A stretch of 24,700 bases of DNA from Octopus sinensis (taxonomy: Eukaryota), in the NCBI RefSeq assembly GCF_006345805.1, contig NW_021836660.1, positions 1 to 24,700 of the forward strand, read 5' to 3'. This document shows positions 1 to 11,094 of the stretch, piece after piece; the stretch's first letter is position 1, and each line of letters opens with the position of its first letter. Under the pieces are notes generated by a model. The model worked only from the letters and a program-made list of their open reading frames with translations, was not told where the DNA came from and ran no database searches. The position numbers were made by a program, and so were the translations under genes.

Positions 1-27
1 ACATACATATGTATTTATATATATATA

Positions 28-827
28 TCTCTCTATATATAAACGGCAGTTTGTCTGTCTGTGTGTCTGTCAGGTTGTACCCTCACCCTGATCACGGCTT
101 TCAACCGATTCTGGTGAAACTTGACACACACGTAGCCCAATGTCATAATTCAAAACTAACGCAGCGAAAAGTTTGAAAAGTTCCCCCAGTTCTGAAACAA
201 AATCAATAAATTCGACATGGGTCGAGAATCTAAACTTTTTATATGCAACACATTTTCTACAGACTGTCTAGGGGACGCAACTCGACCTTTTTAACTCTCG
301 GAACACGTGGGGTAAGTATCCCAAAATGTATAAGAATGTACAAAAACGGCAAAAAAGCGGGCAGCAATGTGAGTGACAACAACGAAAAAGTCAAAAGTGA
401 CCAAACTGAACCGACGAATGGAAAAGGTTTTTTGATGCACACGACAAAAGCGGTTTATAATAAACCAACAGTTTGCAAGTAGCGTCCGAGGACCCTTAGG
501 GTACATCAAAAATTTAAGGTAAAACGTTTGGGGTTGGTAGTTATAAAGAAAGTGTAAACAAAAAAAGGATTCGAATAACTTGCGGCTGCAGCAGCTATTA
601 GCAGAAGTGGCGGTGTTGGGGGTAAAGTCTCGAATGTAATGTCTTCCTGGTAGGAATTGGTTGGGTTGAATTATCGATAGCTGTTTGATAGTTATTTAGG
701 AGTGAAGAGAAGACATTGCAACCTACACATGCGCCTTCGTTCCCTAGAGGGAAAGGACTAGATTGGGATTAGTCGTTGCCTACTAGGGGCTCTTACATAC
801 ACGGGCAACGCCGGGCTATGCTGCTAG
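28..827 (+). mobile_element. Non-autonomous Helitron-like element (~800 bp)
   Basis: Starts A|TC (TCTCTCTATATATAAACGGCAGTTTGTCTGTCTG) and ends CTAG|T (824-827), with a short GC hairpin (CGGGCAACGCCGGG, 802-815) just upstream. These are Helitron terminal hallmarks; insertion is between A and T. No Rep/helicase coding. Confidence 0.7.
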
Positions 828-1373
828 TATATATATACATACATATGTATTTATATATATATATATATATGTACATACATATGTATTTATATATATATAC
901 ATACATATATATGTATTTATATATATACATACACATACATATATATGTATTTATATATATATACATACATATATATGTATTTATATATATATATACATAC
1001 ACATACATATATATGTATATATATATATAACATAATATATATTGTAATTATATATATATACATACATATACATATATATGTATTTAATATATATACATAC
1101 ATATATATGTATTTATATATATATACATACATATATATGTATTTATATATATTATATGTATTATATATATATACATACATATATATGTATTATATATATT
1201 ATATTGTATTATATAATACATATATATGTATTTATATATAATATTATATATATAATATATGTATTTATATATATATATGTATTTATATATATATATGTAT
1301 TATATATATATATATATGTATTTATATATATATATATATATATGTATTTATATATATATATATGTATATATAT
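828..1373. repeat. Compound (TA)n minisatellite, unit ~TACATACATATATATGTATTTATATATATA
   Basis: Direct reading; source of the spurious Y/I/M ORFs. Confidence 0.95.
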
Positions 1374-2544
1374 ATCATCATCATCATCATTCATTTAGCG
1401 TCTGTTTTCCATGCTAGCATGGGTTGGACGGTTCAACTGGGGTCTGGGGAGCCCGAAGGCTGCACCAAGCCAGTCAGATCTGGCAGTGTTTCTACAGCTG
1501 GATGCCCTTCCTAACGCCAACCACTCCGAGAGTGTAGTGGGTGATTTTATGTGCCACCGACACAGGTGCCAGACGAGGCTGGCGAACAGCCACGCTTGGA
1601 TGGTGTTTTTAATGTGCCACCGACACAGGTGCCAGACGAGGCTGGCAGACGGCCACGCTCGGATGGTGTTTTTATGTGCCACCGACACAGGTGCCAGATG
1701 AGGCTGGCGAACGGCCACGATCGGATGGTGTTTGTTACGTGCCCACACCACGGAGGCCAGTCGATGCGGTACTGGCTACGGCCATGTTCGGATGGTTTTC
1801 TTGTGTGCCACCGGCACTGGTACCACAAAGATACAAATTCCATTGATGTTCATCTATTTTGATTTGTTTTGATTTTCACTTGCCTCAACAGGTCTTCACA
1901 AGTGTCACAAGAAGGAGGAAGGTAATGCACAGGTGGACTGACTACGTCCCAGGTAGGGCCCACGGGTTATGGCCTGACTAGTCTTGCCGGGTCTTCGGAT
2001 GGTGTTTTTATGTGCCACCGATACAGGTGCCAGATGAGGCTGGCGAACAGCCACGATCGGATGGTGTTTGTTATGTGCCCACAGCACGGAGGCCAGTCAA
2101 TGCGGTACTGGCTACGGCCACGTTCGGATGGCTTTCTTGTGTGCCACCGGCACTGGTATCACAAAGATACAAATTCCATTGATGTTCATCTATTTTGATT
2201 TGTTTTGATTTTCACTTGCCTCAAAAGGTCTTCACAAGTGTCACAAGAAGGAAGGTATGCACAGGGGACTGACTACGTCCCAGGTAGGGGCCACGGGTTA
2301 TGGCCTGACTAGTCTTGCCGGGTCTTCGGATGGTGTTTTTATGTGCCACCGACACAGGTGCCAGATGAGGCTGGCAAACGGCCACGATGGATGGTGGTGT
2401 TTGTTATGTGCCCAGAGCACGGAGGCCAGTCGATGCGATACTGGCTACGGCCACGTTCGGATGGTTTTTCTTGTGTGCCACCGGCACTGGTATCACAAGA
2501 TACAAATTCCATTGATGTTCATCTATTTTGATTTGTTTTGATTT
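1374..2544 (-). mobile_element. 5'-truncated RTE LINE 3' UTR, copy A, with internal ~330-bp tandem repeats
   Basis: Reverse complement matches the 3' end of the LINE at 10560-11035 (GGTTGGCGTTAGGAAGGGCATCCAGC ... AACCCATGCTAGCATGG, (GAT)n tail seen as CATCATCAT at 1374). The segment ~1680-2010 recurs at ~2010-2340 and partly at 2340-2544. Confidence 0.85.
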
Positions 2545-2901
2545 ATATATATATGTATTTATATATATTATATATATACACATACATATATATGTATTTA
2601 TATATATATACATACATATAATATGTATTTATATATATATACATACATATATATGTATTTATATATATAATTATGTATTTATATATATATAATACCTATA
2701 TATGTATTTATATATATATATATATGTATTTATATATATATACCTATCTGTATTTATATAATAATGTATTTATATATATTATAATGTATTTTGATATAAT
2801 CTGTATTTATATATATATATGTCTTTATATATATATATATATCTGTATTTTAATATATTTATATATATTTATTATATATATATATATGTATTTATATATC
2901 T
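2545..2901. repeat. TA-rich compound microsatellite
   Basis: Direct reading. Confidence 0.95.
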
Positions 2902-4068
2902 ATCATCATCATCATTCATTTAGCGTCTGTTTTCCATGCTAGCATGGTTTGACGGTTTCAACTGGGGTCTGGGGAGCCCGAAGGCTGCACCAGCCAGTCA
3001 GATCTGGCAGTGTTTCTACCTGGATGCCCTTCCTAACGCCAACCACTCCGAGAGTGTAGTGGGTGATTTTATGTGCCACCGACACAGGTGCCAGACGAGG
3101 CTGGCGAACAGCCACTTGGATGGTGTTTTTAATGTGCCACCGACACAGGTGCCAGACGAGGCTGGCAGACGGCCACACGCTCGGATGGTGTTTTTATGTG
3201 CCACAACCGACACAGGTGGCCAGATGAGGCTGGCGAACGGCCACGATCGGATGGTGTTTGTTACGTGCCCACACCACGGAGGCCAGTCGATGCGGTACTG
3301 GCTACGGCCATGTTCGGATGGTTTTCTTGTGTGCCACCGGCACTGGTACCACAAAGATACAAATTCCATTGATGTTCATCTATTTTGATTTGTTTTGATT
3401 TTCACTTGCCTCAACAGGTCTTCACAAGTGTCACAAGAAGGAAGGAAGGTATGCACAGGTGGACTGACTACGTCCCAGGTAGGGGCCACGGGTTATGGCC
3501 TGACTAGTCTTGCCGGGTCTTCGGATGGTGTTTTTATGTGCCACCGATACAGGTGCCAGATGAGGCTGGCGAACAGCCACGATCGGATGGTGTTTGTTAT
3601 GTGCCCACAGCACGGAGGCCAGTCAATGCGGTACTGGCTACGGCCACGTTCGGATGGCTTTCTTGTGTGCCACCGGCACTGGTATCACAAAGATACAAAT
3701 TCCATTGATGTTCATCTATTTTGATTTGTTTTGATTTTCACTTGCCTCAAAAGGTCTTCACAAGTGTCACAAGAAGGAAGGTATGCACAGGTGGACTGAC
3801 TACGTCCCAGGTAGGGGCCACGGGTTATGGCCTGACTAGTCTTGCCGGGTCTTCGGATGGTGTTTTTATGTGCCACCGACACAGGTGCCAGATGAGGCTG
3901 GCAAACGGCCACGATCGGATGGTGTTTGTTATGTGCCCAGAGCACGGAGGTCAGTCGATGCGATACTGGCTACGGCCACGTTCGGATGGTTTTCTTGTGT
4001 GCCACCGGCACTGGTATCACAAAGATACAAATTCCATTGATGTTCATCTATTTTGATTTGTTTTGATT
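2902..4068 (-). mobile_element. RTE LINE 3' UTR, copy B (tandem duplicate of 1374-2544)
   Basis: Near-identical to copy A including unit-specific variants; differences are mostly small indels. Confidence 0.85.
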
Positions 4069-4086
4069 TTTATATATATATGTATT

Positions 4087-4117
<31 letters not shown>

Positions 4118-4222
4118 TATATATTGATAAAACGGTAAGATAACAAAAGAAAGAAAGAGACCTCAATATTATGTAAATAGAGGAAATTTATCTATACAAT
4201 ATGTTACATTACTCGGTAGTCA

Positions 4223-4285
4223 AGATAAAACTCTGAGTTTCAGATGCCGAAGTGGAAATCCACAACACCATCGCTTCGGTTATCT
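4223..4285 (-). ncRNA. Candidate variant type I hammerhead ribozyme (mirror of 8291-8353)
   Basis: Exact reverse complement of the motif at 8291-8353; core non-canonical. Confidence 0.4.
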
Positions 4286-4475
4286 GGCTATTTGAAAACG
4301 TTATGAAAAAATACCGTTAAAAATGAAGGGAAATTACTCTGTTATAACTCTGCTTTGCCTGCGTACTTATACATCGCTCGCATTTTTCGTCATAAAAATT
4401 ATATAAAAATACATAAAAATATATATATATAAAAATATATAAATTCTTCTTGGGACATAACATAGAAAGCATGTT

Positions 4476-5219
4476 CTATCCGTTTTCCTTAGGGGACCAA
4501 AAACGTAACAGAAATTTAGTCACATGTGGGCATGATCCGAAAAGCTCTGTCCTTGTATTTAGACATGTGGTAGGGTCTAAGCTGCTTTTCCAGATAAGCC
4601 ATCTCTCCATGTCGCATAAACCGCACCTTCCGCTGCCGTTAGTATAGGGCTTACATCTGGCCAAAATCTTCCATTGTATGTTATAATCGACACCTTTATC
4701 TCTTAAAGACCAAATATGATTGGATAATTGTGTCGCTTTTCTTTTGTTCCAGTGCCTAAAGCTCAAAGTGTGGTTATTGAACCTGGCCTTGAAATTACCC
4801 TCTGTCAGGCCCACGTATTTCTTCGTCGAAACGGTATCTTTAGTGGTTATAGAGTTTACGGTAGCTTCATATATGATGGTCTTGGACATGCAAGCTCCAT
4901 TTAGCGGGCACAATTCTTTATTCCTGCATGAACAGCTGTTTTCTTCTTGTGTTTTTTGTATGTTATGATTGATTATGTTTTTAAAATTGGTAGTTGAACT
5001 AAAACTAATTTTTAAATTGTGTCTATTGAAGAGTTTCCTATAAGCATGGTTAACTGGAAAATGTCTATCTATCAGTGCTAGGAAATATTTACCTATATTG
5101 AAGGCCACTTCGGGTGAGTAAGGGGGCGTAAACCAGATGACCTTCCTATTTCTATTATTCCTTTTCCTTACTGTTGGGCTAGTGATAGGTGTATATTTTA
5201 TTTTTTCGCTAAAAATCAC
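4476..5219 (-). pseudogene. PLE C-terminal linker + GIY-YIG endonuclease fragment
   Basis: ORF track 247 aa: VIWFTPPYS, CxCx5C, IIY..YVG, ARFNNH, WKIL, CGLC. The RT-then-EN order with CxCx5C linker fits the Hydra clade of PLEs as I recall it; needs a phylogeny. Confidence 0.85.
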
Positions 5220-6424
5220 TATCTTTTAAAGCTTTATTATAAACTGGGGCAATGCTATTGAAGATGTCCTCATTAGATGAGAGGCTAGAAATCCTCTTAC
5301 TAATATTTTTAACTAAATTTTTGAATACTATAGGGGGATGGCATGAACCTACATTAATATAACTTAGTCTATCATTGGGCTTCCTATAAGGCTTATAAAT
5401 ATTATTATTAAGATCTAAGGAAACGTCTAAGAAATTGACAACCGTCAGGTTAGTGTCTATAGTTATACTAAGTCCGAAGTGTTTCATTAACTGGATAATA
5501 TCCTTCCTAAAACGATCTTGTGCTGGTCCATTTGTATTAGCTGTTAAGGCGAGGGCATCATCTTTGTAGATGGCGAAATGTACGTTAGGAATGTCTTACC
5601 GAAGGTATCTAGGAGAAAGAGTCCAATTAGATCACAGATGCCTGCCCCATCATATGAACCCATGCTCACATCGAAAGCGCCCTCCGTGTCGGTTGTTTTT
5701 ACCCACTTTGCATTCTCACTGAAAAGTAATGTCTTTCTAGCATGGAAGATTATATCCTTATCATTGGTACTAATTTCTATGAAGTCACTAGCGAAGATAG
5801 GGCTTTATCTAGCAGTTCTTTAGAGATAGAGGCATAAAAATCAACAATATCGAATTGTGTAAACCTCGCTTTTTTCTTATTCTTAATAGCTTAAACCAGT
5901 CTACGACTTCTATACTATTGGACCATTGCATTAGCCTAGTATCGGTCTTAATTTTCGTATTTATTTTATCTAAAATTTCTTTGCTAATAATCCCTAGTTC
6001 TGACTTGGCTGGGTTGATAAGCCTACATTTAGGGTTGGAAAGGAAGTTTTCTTTGTGATCTTTAATAGTAATAAAGGCCTCTTTTTGGGGGAGGGCTTCT
6101 ATTTTTTTATCTAATTAAGTTTAGCGGCGATGACGCTAGCTTCTTTATTAATTTCGTTATATGTCTGTGCCCTAGCCTTAGTATAATTATTAATGATGCT
6201 GTTGTGTAAGAGTTGTGTGTATTTGCTGTTATCTACCAGGTATAAGTTCTTGGTTTTATCCGAAAAAAGTGCTTTTTTCTTGGAGCTTTTTATATGATTA
6301 ATATCTTTTTTCAATTTATGTTGGAAATCGTTAAAAGACTTACGAAATTTTATTTTGCTCATGATTTTCAGCAGGTCCACTTCGAAATCTTCCAAGCCTT
6401 TAATCCTGGGAGGGAATTTTTTGG

Positions 6425-8384
6425 ATAATGAAATTAATAAAGAAGCTAGCGTCATCGCCGCTAAACTTAAATTAGATATAAAAATAGAAGCCCTCCCCCA
6501 AAAAGAGGCCTTTATTACTATTAAAGATCACAAAGAAAACTTCCTTTCCAACCCTAAATGTAGGCTTATCAACCCAGCCAAGTCAGAACTAGGGATTATT
6601 AGCAAAGAAATTTTAGATAAAATAAATACGAAAATTAAGACCGATACTAGGCTAGTGCAATGGTCCAATAGTATAGAAGTCGTAGACTGGTTTAAAGCTA
6701 TTAAGAATAAGAAAAAAGCGAGGTTTACACAATTCGATATTGTTGATTTTATGCCTCTATCTCTAAAGAACTGCTAGATAAAGCCCTAATCTTCGCTAGT
6801 GACTTCATAGAAATTAGTACCAATGATAAGGATATAATCTTCCATGCTAGAAAGACATTACTTTTCAGTGAGAATGCAAAGTGGGTAAAAAACACCGACA
6901 CGGAGGGCGCTTTCGATGTGAGCATGGGTTCATATGATGGGGTAGGCATCTGTGATCTAATTGGACTCTTTCTCCTAGATACCTTCGGTAAGACATTCCC
7001 TAACGTACATTTCGCCATCTACAAAGATGATGCCCTCACCTTAACAGCTAATACAAATGGACCAGCACAAGATCGTTTTAGGAAGGATATTATCCAGTTA
7101 ATGAACACTTCGGACTTAGTATAACTATAGACACTAACCTGACGGTTGTCAATTTCTTAGACGTTTCCTTAGATCTTAATAATAATATTTATAAGCCTTA
7201 TAGGAAGCCAATGATAGACTAAGTTATATTAATGTAGGTTCATGCCATCCCCCTATAGTATTCAAAAATTTAGTTAAAAATATTAGTAAGAGGATTTCTA
7301 GCCTCTCATCTAATGAGGACATCTTCAATAGCATTGCCCCAGTTTATAATAAAGCTTTAAAAGATAGTGGTTTTAGCGAAAAAATAAAATATACACCTAT
7401 CACTAGCCCAACAGTAAGGAAAAGGAATAATAGAAATAGGAAGGTCATCTGGTTTACGCCCCCTTACTCACCCGAAGTGGCCTTCAATATAGGTAAATAT
7501 TTCCTAGCACTGATAGATAGACATTTTCCAGTTAACCATGCTTATAGGAAACTCTTCAATAGACACAATTTAAAAATTAGTTTTAGTTCAACTACCAATT
7601 TTAAAAACATAATCAATCATACATACAAAAAACACAAGAAGAAAACAGCTGTTCATGCAGGAATAAAGAATTGTGCCCGCTAAATGGAGCTTGCATGTCC
7701 AAGACCATCATATATGAAGCTACCGTAAACTCTAAACCACTAAAGACACCGTTTCGACGAAGAAATACGTGGCCTGACAGAGGGTAATTTCAAGGCCAGG
7801 TTCAATAACCACACTTTGAGCTTTAGGCACTGGAACAAAAGAAAAGCGACACAATTATCCAATCATATTTGGTCTTTAAGAGATAAAGGTGTCGATTATA
7901 ACATACAATGGAAGATTTTGGCCAGATGTAAGCCCTATACTAACGGCAGCGGAAGGTGCGGTTTATGCGACATGGAGAGATGGCTTATCTGGAAAAGCAG
8001 CTTAGACCCTACCACATGTCTAAATACAAGGTCAGAGCTTTTCGGATCATGCCCACATGTGACTAAATTTCTGTTACGTTTTTGGTCCCCTAAGGAAAAC
8101 GGATAGAACATGCTTTCTGTGTTATGTCCCAAGAAGAATTTATATATTTTTATATATTTTTATGTAATTTTATATAATTTTTATGACGAAAAATGCGAGC
8201 GATGTATAAGTACGCAGGCAAAGCAGAGTTATAACAGAGTAATTTCCCTTCATTTTTAACGGTATTTTTTCATAACGTTTTCAAATAGCCAGATAACCGA
8301 AGCGATGGTGTTGTGGATTTCCACTTCGGCATCTGAAACTCAGAGTTTTATCTTGACTACCGAGTAATGTAACATATTGTATAT
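6425..8384 (+). mobile_element. PLE right copy, inverted duplicate of 4193-6160
   Basis: Frameshifted RT motifs AFITIKDHK, CRLINPAKSELG, FTQFDIVDF, MGSYDG, YKDD, NFLDV (7153 region), then endonuclease (7477-8106); ends in (TA)n. Confidence 0.9.
8291..8353 (+). ncRNA. Candidate variant type I hammerhead ribozyme in PLE 3' region
   Basis: Stem I AGATAA/TTATCT; core CCGAAGCGA instead of CUGANGA; stem II ending GTGG-ATTT-CCAC; GAAA; near-palindromic stem III ACTC-A-GAGT; GUU triplet. Topology fits, core deviates. Confidence 0.4.
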
Positions 8385-8433
8385 ATATATATATATATAT
8401 ACACACACATTCATATATGTATGTATTTATATA

Positions 8434-11035
8434 TGGCTGGTGACTTCAATGGTCACGTTGGACGACATGCTGGGGACTTCCATGGTGTACATGAAGGCTA
8501 TGGCTATGGTTCCCGCAACGGGGAGGGAACCAGGCTGCTGGAGTTCTGCGATGCAAATCATTCTATGGTTTGCAACACTAACTTCAGGAAACCTACCAGC
8601 CACCTAGTCACCTACCGATCGGGCCAACATACCAGCCAAATTGACTACATATTTGCCAGGAAAAGGGAAAGATGGCTGCTTATAAAAGCCAAAACTTTCC
8701 CAGGCGAAGAATGTACCCCGAAACATAGACTGGTAGTTAGTGACTTTAGGATCAGGACTACGAGGACAACCAGAAGACGACCAACATGGAGAAGAAGGAT
8801 CTGGAAGCTTAAAGATCCTGCGAATGGACAGAGATTTAGGGACATGTTACTTGAAGCCTTTGACGAAGTAGAAGGGGAGAGAGTATCACATGGGGTAGAA
8901 GGCAACTGGACGTTTCTAAGGGACAACCTGCTGAGAGCCACTGACCAGATCTGTGGCTGGTGCAAAGTCCCCTCTCGTCCCAAGGTAACGTGGTGGTAGA
9001 ACAATGTTGTAGACAGGGCTATTAGAGAAAAGAGACAGGCATGGAAGGACTGGAAGAATGGTGGTAGCAGGGAATTGTATTAGACTGCCAAAGGGAAGCT
9101 AGGAGACAGGTCTATCTAGCCAGAGGAGAAGCAGATAAGAAAAAAATTTGCCAATGTTCTCAAAGACTGGAGGTGTTTCGTGTTGCAAGACAGTGTGTGA
9201 GAGAGAATTGTGATGTGGTAGGAGAGAAATGTGTTCGCATGGAAGATGGTTCACTTGCGCTAAATGAGGACGCAAAGAGAGAGGTTTGGAGACGCCACTA
9301 TGAAAGGTTGCTGAATAAAGAAAATGAATGGGATAAAGAGAGTCTGCCGAATGTCAACCCAACAGAGGGACCAGCTATCCGAGTTGACAGTTCATTGGTA
9401 GTTAAGGCAATTAGAAGCATGAAGACAGGGAAAGCCCCAGGCCCATCAAGAATCACTGCAGAGATGCTCAAAATATCTGGTAGTATCGGCTATAGCCTAG
9501 TCACCCGTATAGTTAATCAGGTGATACATGAAGGAGTCATATCCAACGACTGGTGTAGCAGCATAATAGTTAACTGCTACAAAGGTAAAGGTGATGCCCT
9601 AGATACAAATAATTACAGAGGTATCAAGCTGTTGGATCAGGTAATGAAAGTTACGGAGAGGGTCATAGCCCAACTAATTACAGAGAGAGTTAGTTTAGAT
9701 GAGATGCAGTTTGGGTTCGTGCCAGGGAAAAGTACCACTGATACTATATTCCTGGTAAGGCAGCTGCACGAGTACAGTGAAGAATTCCGGGTAGAGGTTG
9801 GGGTCCACCAAGGCTCAGTCCCCTCCTATTTATCATAGTCCTCCGCAATAACGGAGCAATTTAAGACAGGATGCCCCTGGGAGCTCCTCTATGCCGATGA
9901 CCTTGCTCTAATTGCTGAGTCACTATCAGAACTGGAGGAGAAGTTTCAGGTATGGAAGCAAGGATTAGAATCGAAGGGCCTTAGAGTCAATCTAGCTAAA
10001 ACCAAAGTCCTAATAAGTAGGAAGGTAGACAAATCACAAACGCCTTCAGGTAGATGGCCCTGCTCGATCTGTAGAAAAGGTGTAGGTAGAAACTCTATAA
10101 GATGCACCAAGTGTAAGCTATGGACACATAAGAGGTGCAGCAATGTCAAAGGAAGGCTAACTAGGAAGATAGTTTTCGTATGTGGCAGATGCTCAGGAGC
10201 AATAAACACTGAAAATGCTCTGAGACCAACTTCTGCCACATTCCAGGGAGAAAAACTAGAAATAGTTGATAGCTTCCGTTACCTAGGTGACCAAGTCGGT
10301 AGCTGGGGTGTAACTGCTAGAGTAAGAATAGCTTGGGCAAAGTTCAGAGAGCTCTTGCCTCAGCTGGTGACTAAAGGCCTCTCGCTCAGAGTAAAAGGCA
10401 GACTGTATGACGCGTGTGTACGAACACCCATGCTACATGGCAGTGAAACTAGGGCCTTGACTGCTGAGGATATGCGTAAGCTCTCAAGAAATGAAACCAG
10501 TATTCTCCGATGGATGTGCAATGTCAGTGTCCATACTCGTATGCTGTACGTGAGAAGACTCGGCAGGACAAATGAGACTATAACCCGTGGCCTCTACACG
10601 GGATGTAGCCAGTCCACTTATGCATAACCGTTCCTTCTTGGGACACAAAACTCTACTTGTGAAGACTTGTTGAGGCAAGTGAGAATCGAAATCGATCAAC
10701 ATCAATGGAAATTGCAGCTGTGATACTAGTGCCGGTGGCACGTAAGAGAACCATCCGAACGTGGCCGTTGCCAGTGCCGCCCCGACTGGCCTCATGCCGG
10801 TGGCGCGTAAAAAGCACCATCTGTTTGTGGCCGTGCCAGCCTCCCCTGGCCCCCGTGCCGGTGGCACGTGAAAAGCACCCATTACACTCACGGAGTGGTT
10901 AGCGTTAGGAAGGGCATCCAGCCGTAGAAGCATTGCCAGATCAGACTGGGCCTAGTGCAGCCTTCTAGCTTCCCAGACCCCAGTTGAACCGTCCAACCCA
11001 AGCTAGCATAGAAAGCGGGCGCTAAACGATGATGA
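8434..11035 (+). mobile_element. RTE-clade LINE, 5'-truncated and decayed
   Basis: APE motifs AGDFNGHVG, NTNFRK, SQIDYI (8421-8999); RT motifs KAPGPS, NYRGIKLL, QFGFVPGKSTTD, HQGS, YADD (9890-9901), FRYLG; stop at 8997, frameshifts, ~190-bp deletion near 9768 relative to the copy at 24360-24550; 3' UTR ends in GATGATGAT. Confidence 0.92.
9842..10627 (+). pseudogene. RT C-terminal half with embedded PHD-type finger (open frame, largely missed by ORF track)
   Basis: Manual translation: ELLYADDLAL...NLAKTK...CSICRKGVGRNSIRCTKCKLWTHKRCSNVKGRLTRKIVFVCGRC...FRYLG...LHGSET. Confidence 0.85.
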
Positions 11036-11049
11036 TATATGTGTGTGTA

Positions 11050-11094
<45 letters not shown>

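Larger units (their letters stand above)
4122..6424 (-). mobile_element. Penelope-like retroelement (PLE), 5'-truncated, left copy
   Basis: Minus-strand ORF pieces 6111-6455, RT region (reverse complement of 6425-7130) and 4476-5219 with CSCRNKELCPLNGAC linker, GIY-YIG-like KTIIYEA...KKYVGLTEGNFKARFNNH and C-terminal CGLC; frameshifted; flanked by (TA)n. Confidence 0.9.

Noticed and set aside
243-509. Overlapping short ORFs in the Helitron
   Set aside because: No Rep or helicase motifs.
776-1398. Y/I/M/H-rich ORFs here and at 2404-2942 and 11029-11884
   Set aside because: Translations of TA microsatellite; open only because the repeat lacks stops in some frames.
1566-1600. CAGCCTCGTCTGGC (minus strand) resembles HDV ribozyme P3/L3
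   Set aside because: I could not assign consistent P1, P1.1 and P2 pairings across modules; kept only as a hairpin plus pseudoknot hypothesis.
1545-1830. CRISPR-like look of regularly spaced ~65-bp repeats
   Set aside because: The intervening parts are homologous to each other, there are no cas genes, and the context is a eukaryotic LINE UTR.
1395-4056. Cys/His/Arg-rich repetitive ORFs (MCHRHRCQ...), also 17747-18533
   Set aside because: Frames through LINE 3' UTR modules, broken differently by indels in each copy; no domain signature.
8997-8999. In-frame stops in TE ORFs as possible recoding (e.g. selenocysteine)
   Set aside because: The stop here is TAG, and stops elsewhere are mixed types accompanied by frameshifts and deletions, consistent with decay.
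10655-10690. TGAAGA...G(A)AA hammerhead-like words in the RTE 3' UTR
   Set aside because: Position 3 is G, GAAA does not follow stem II, and there is no stem III or cleavage triplet.
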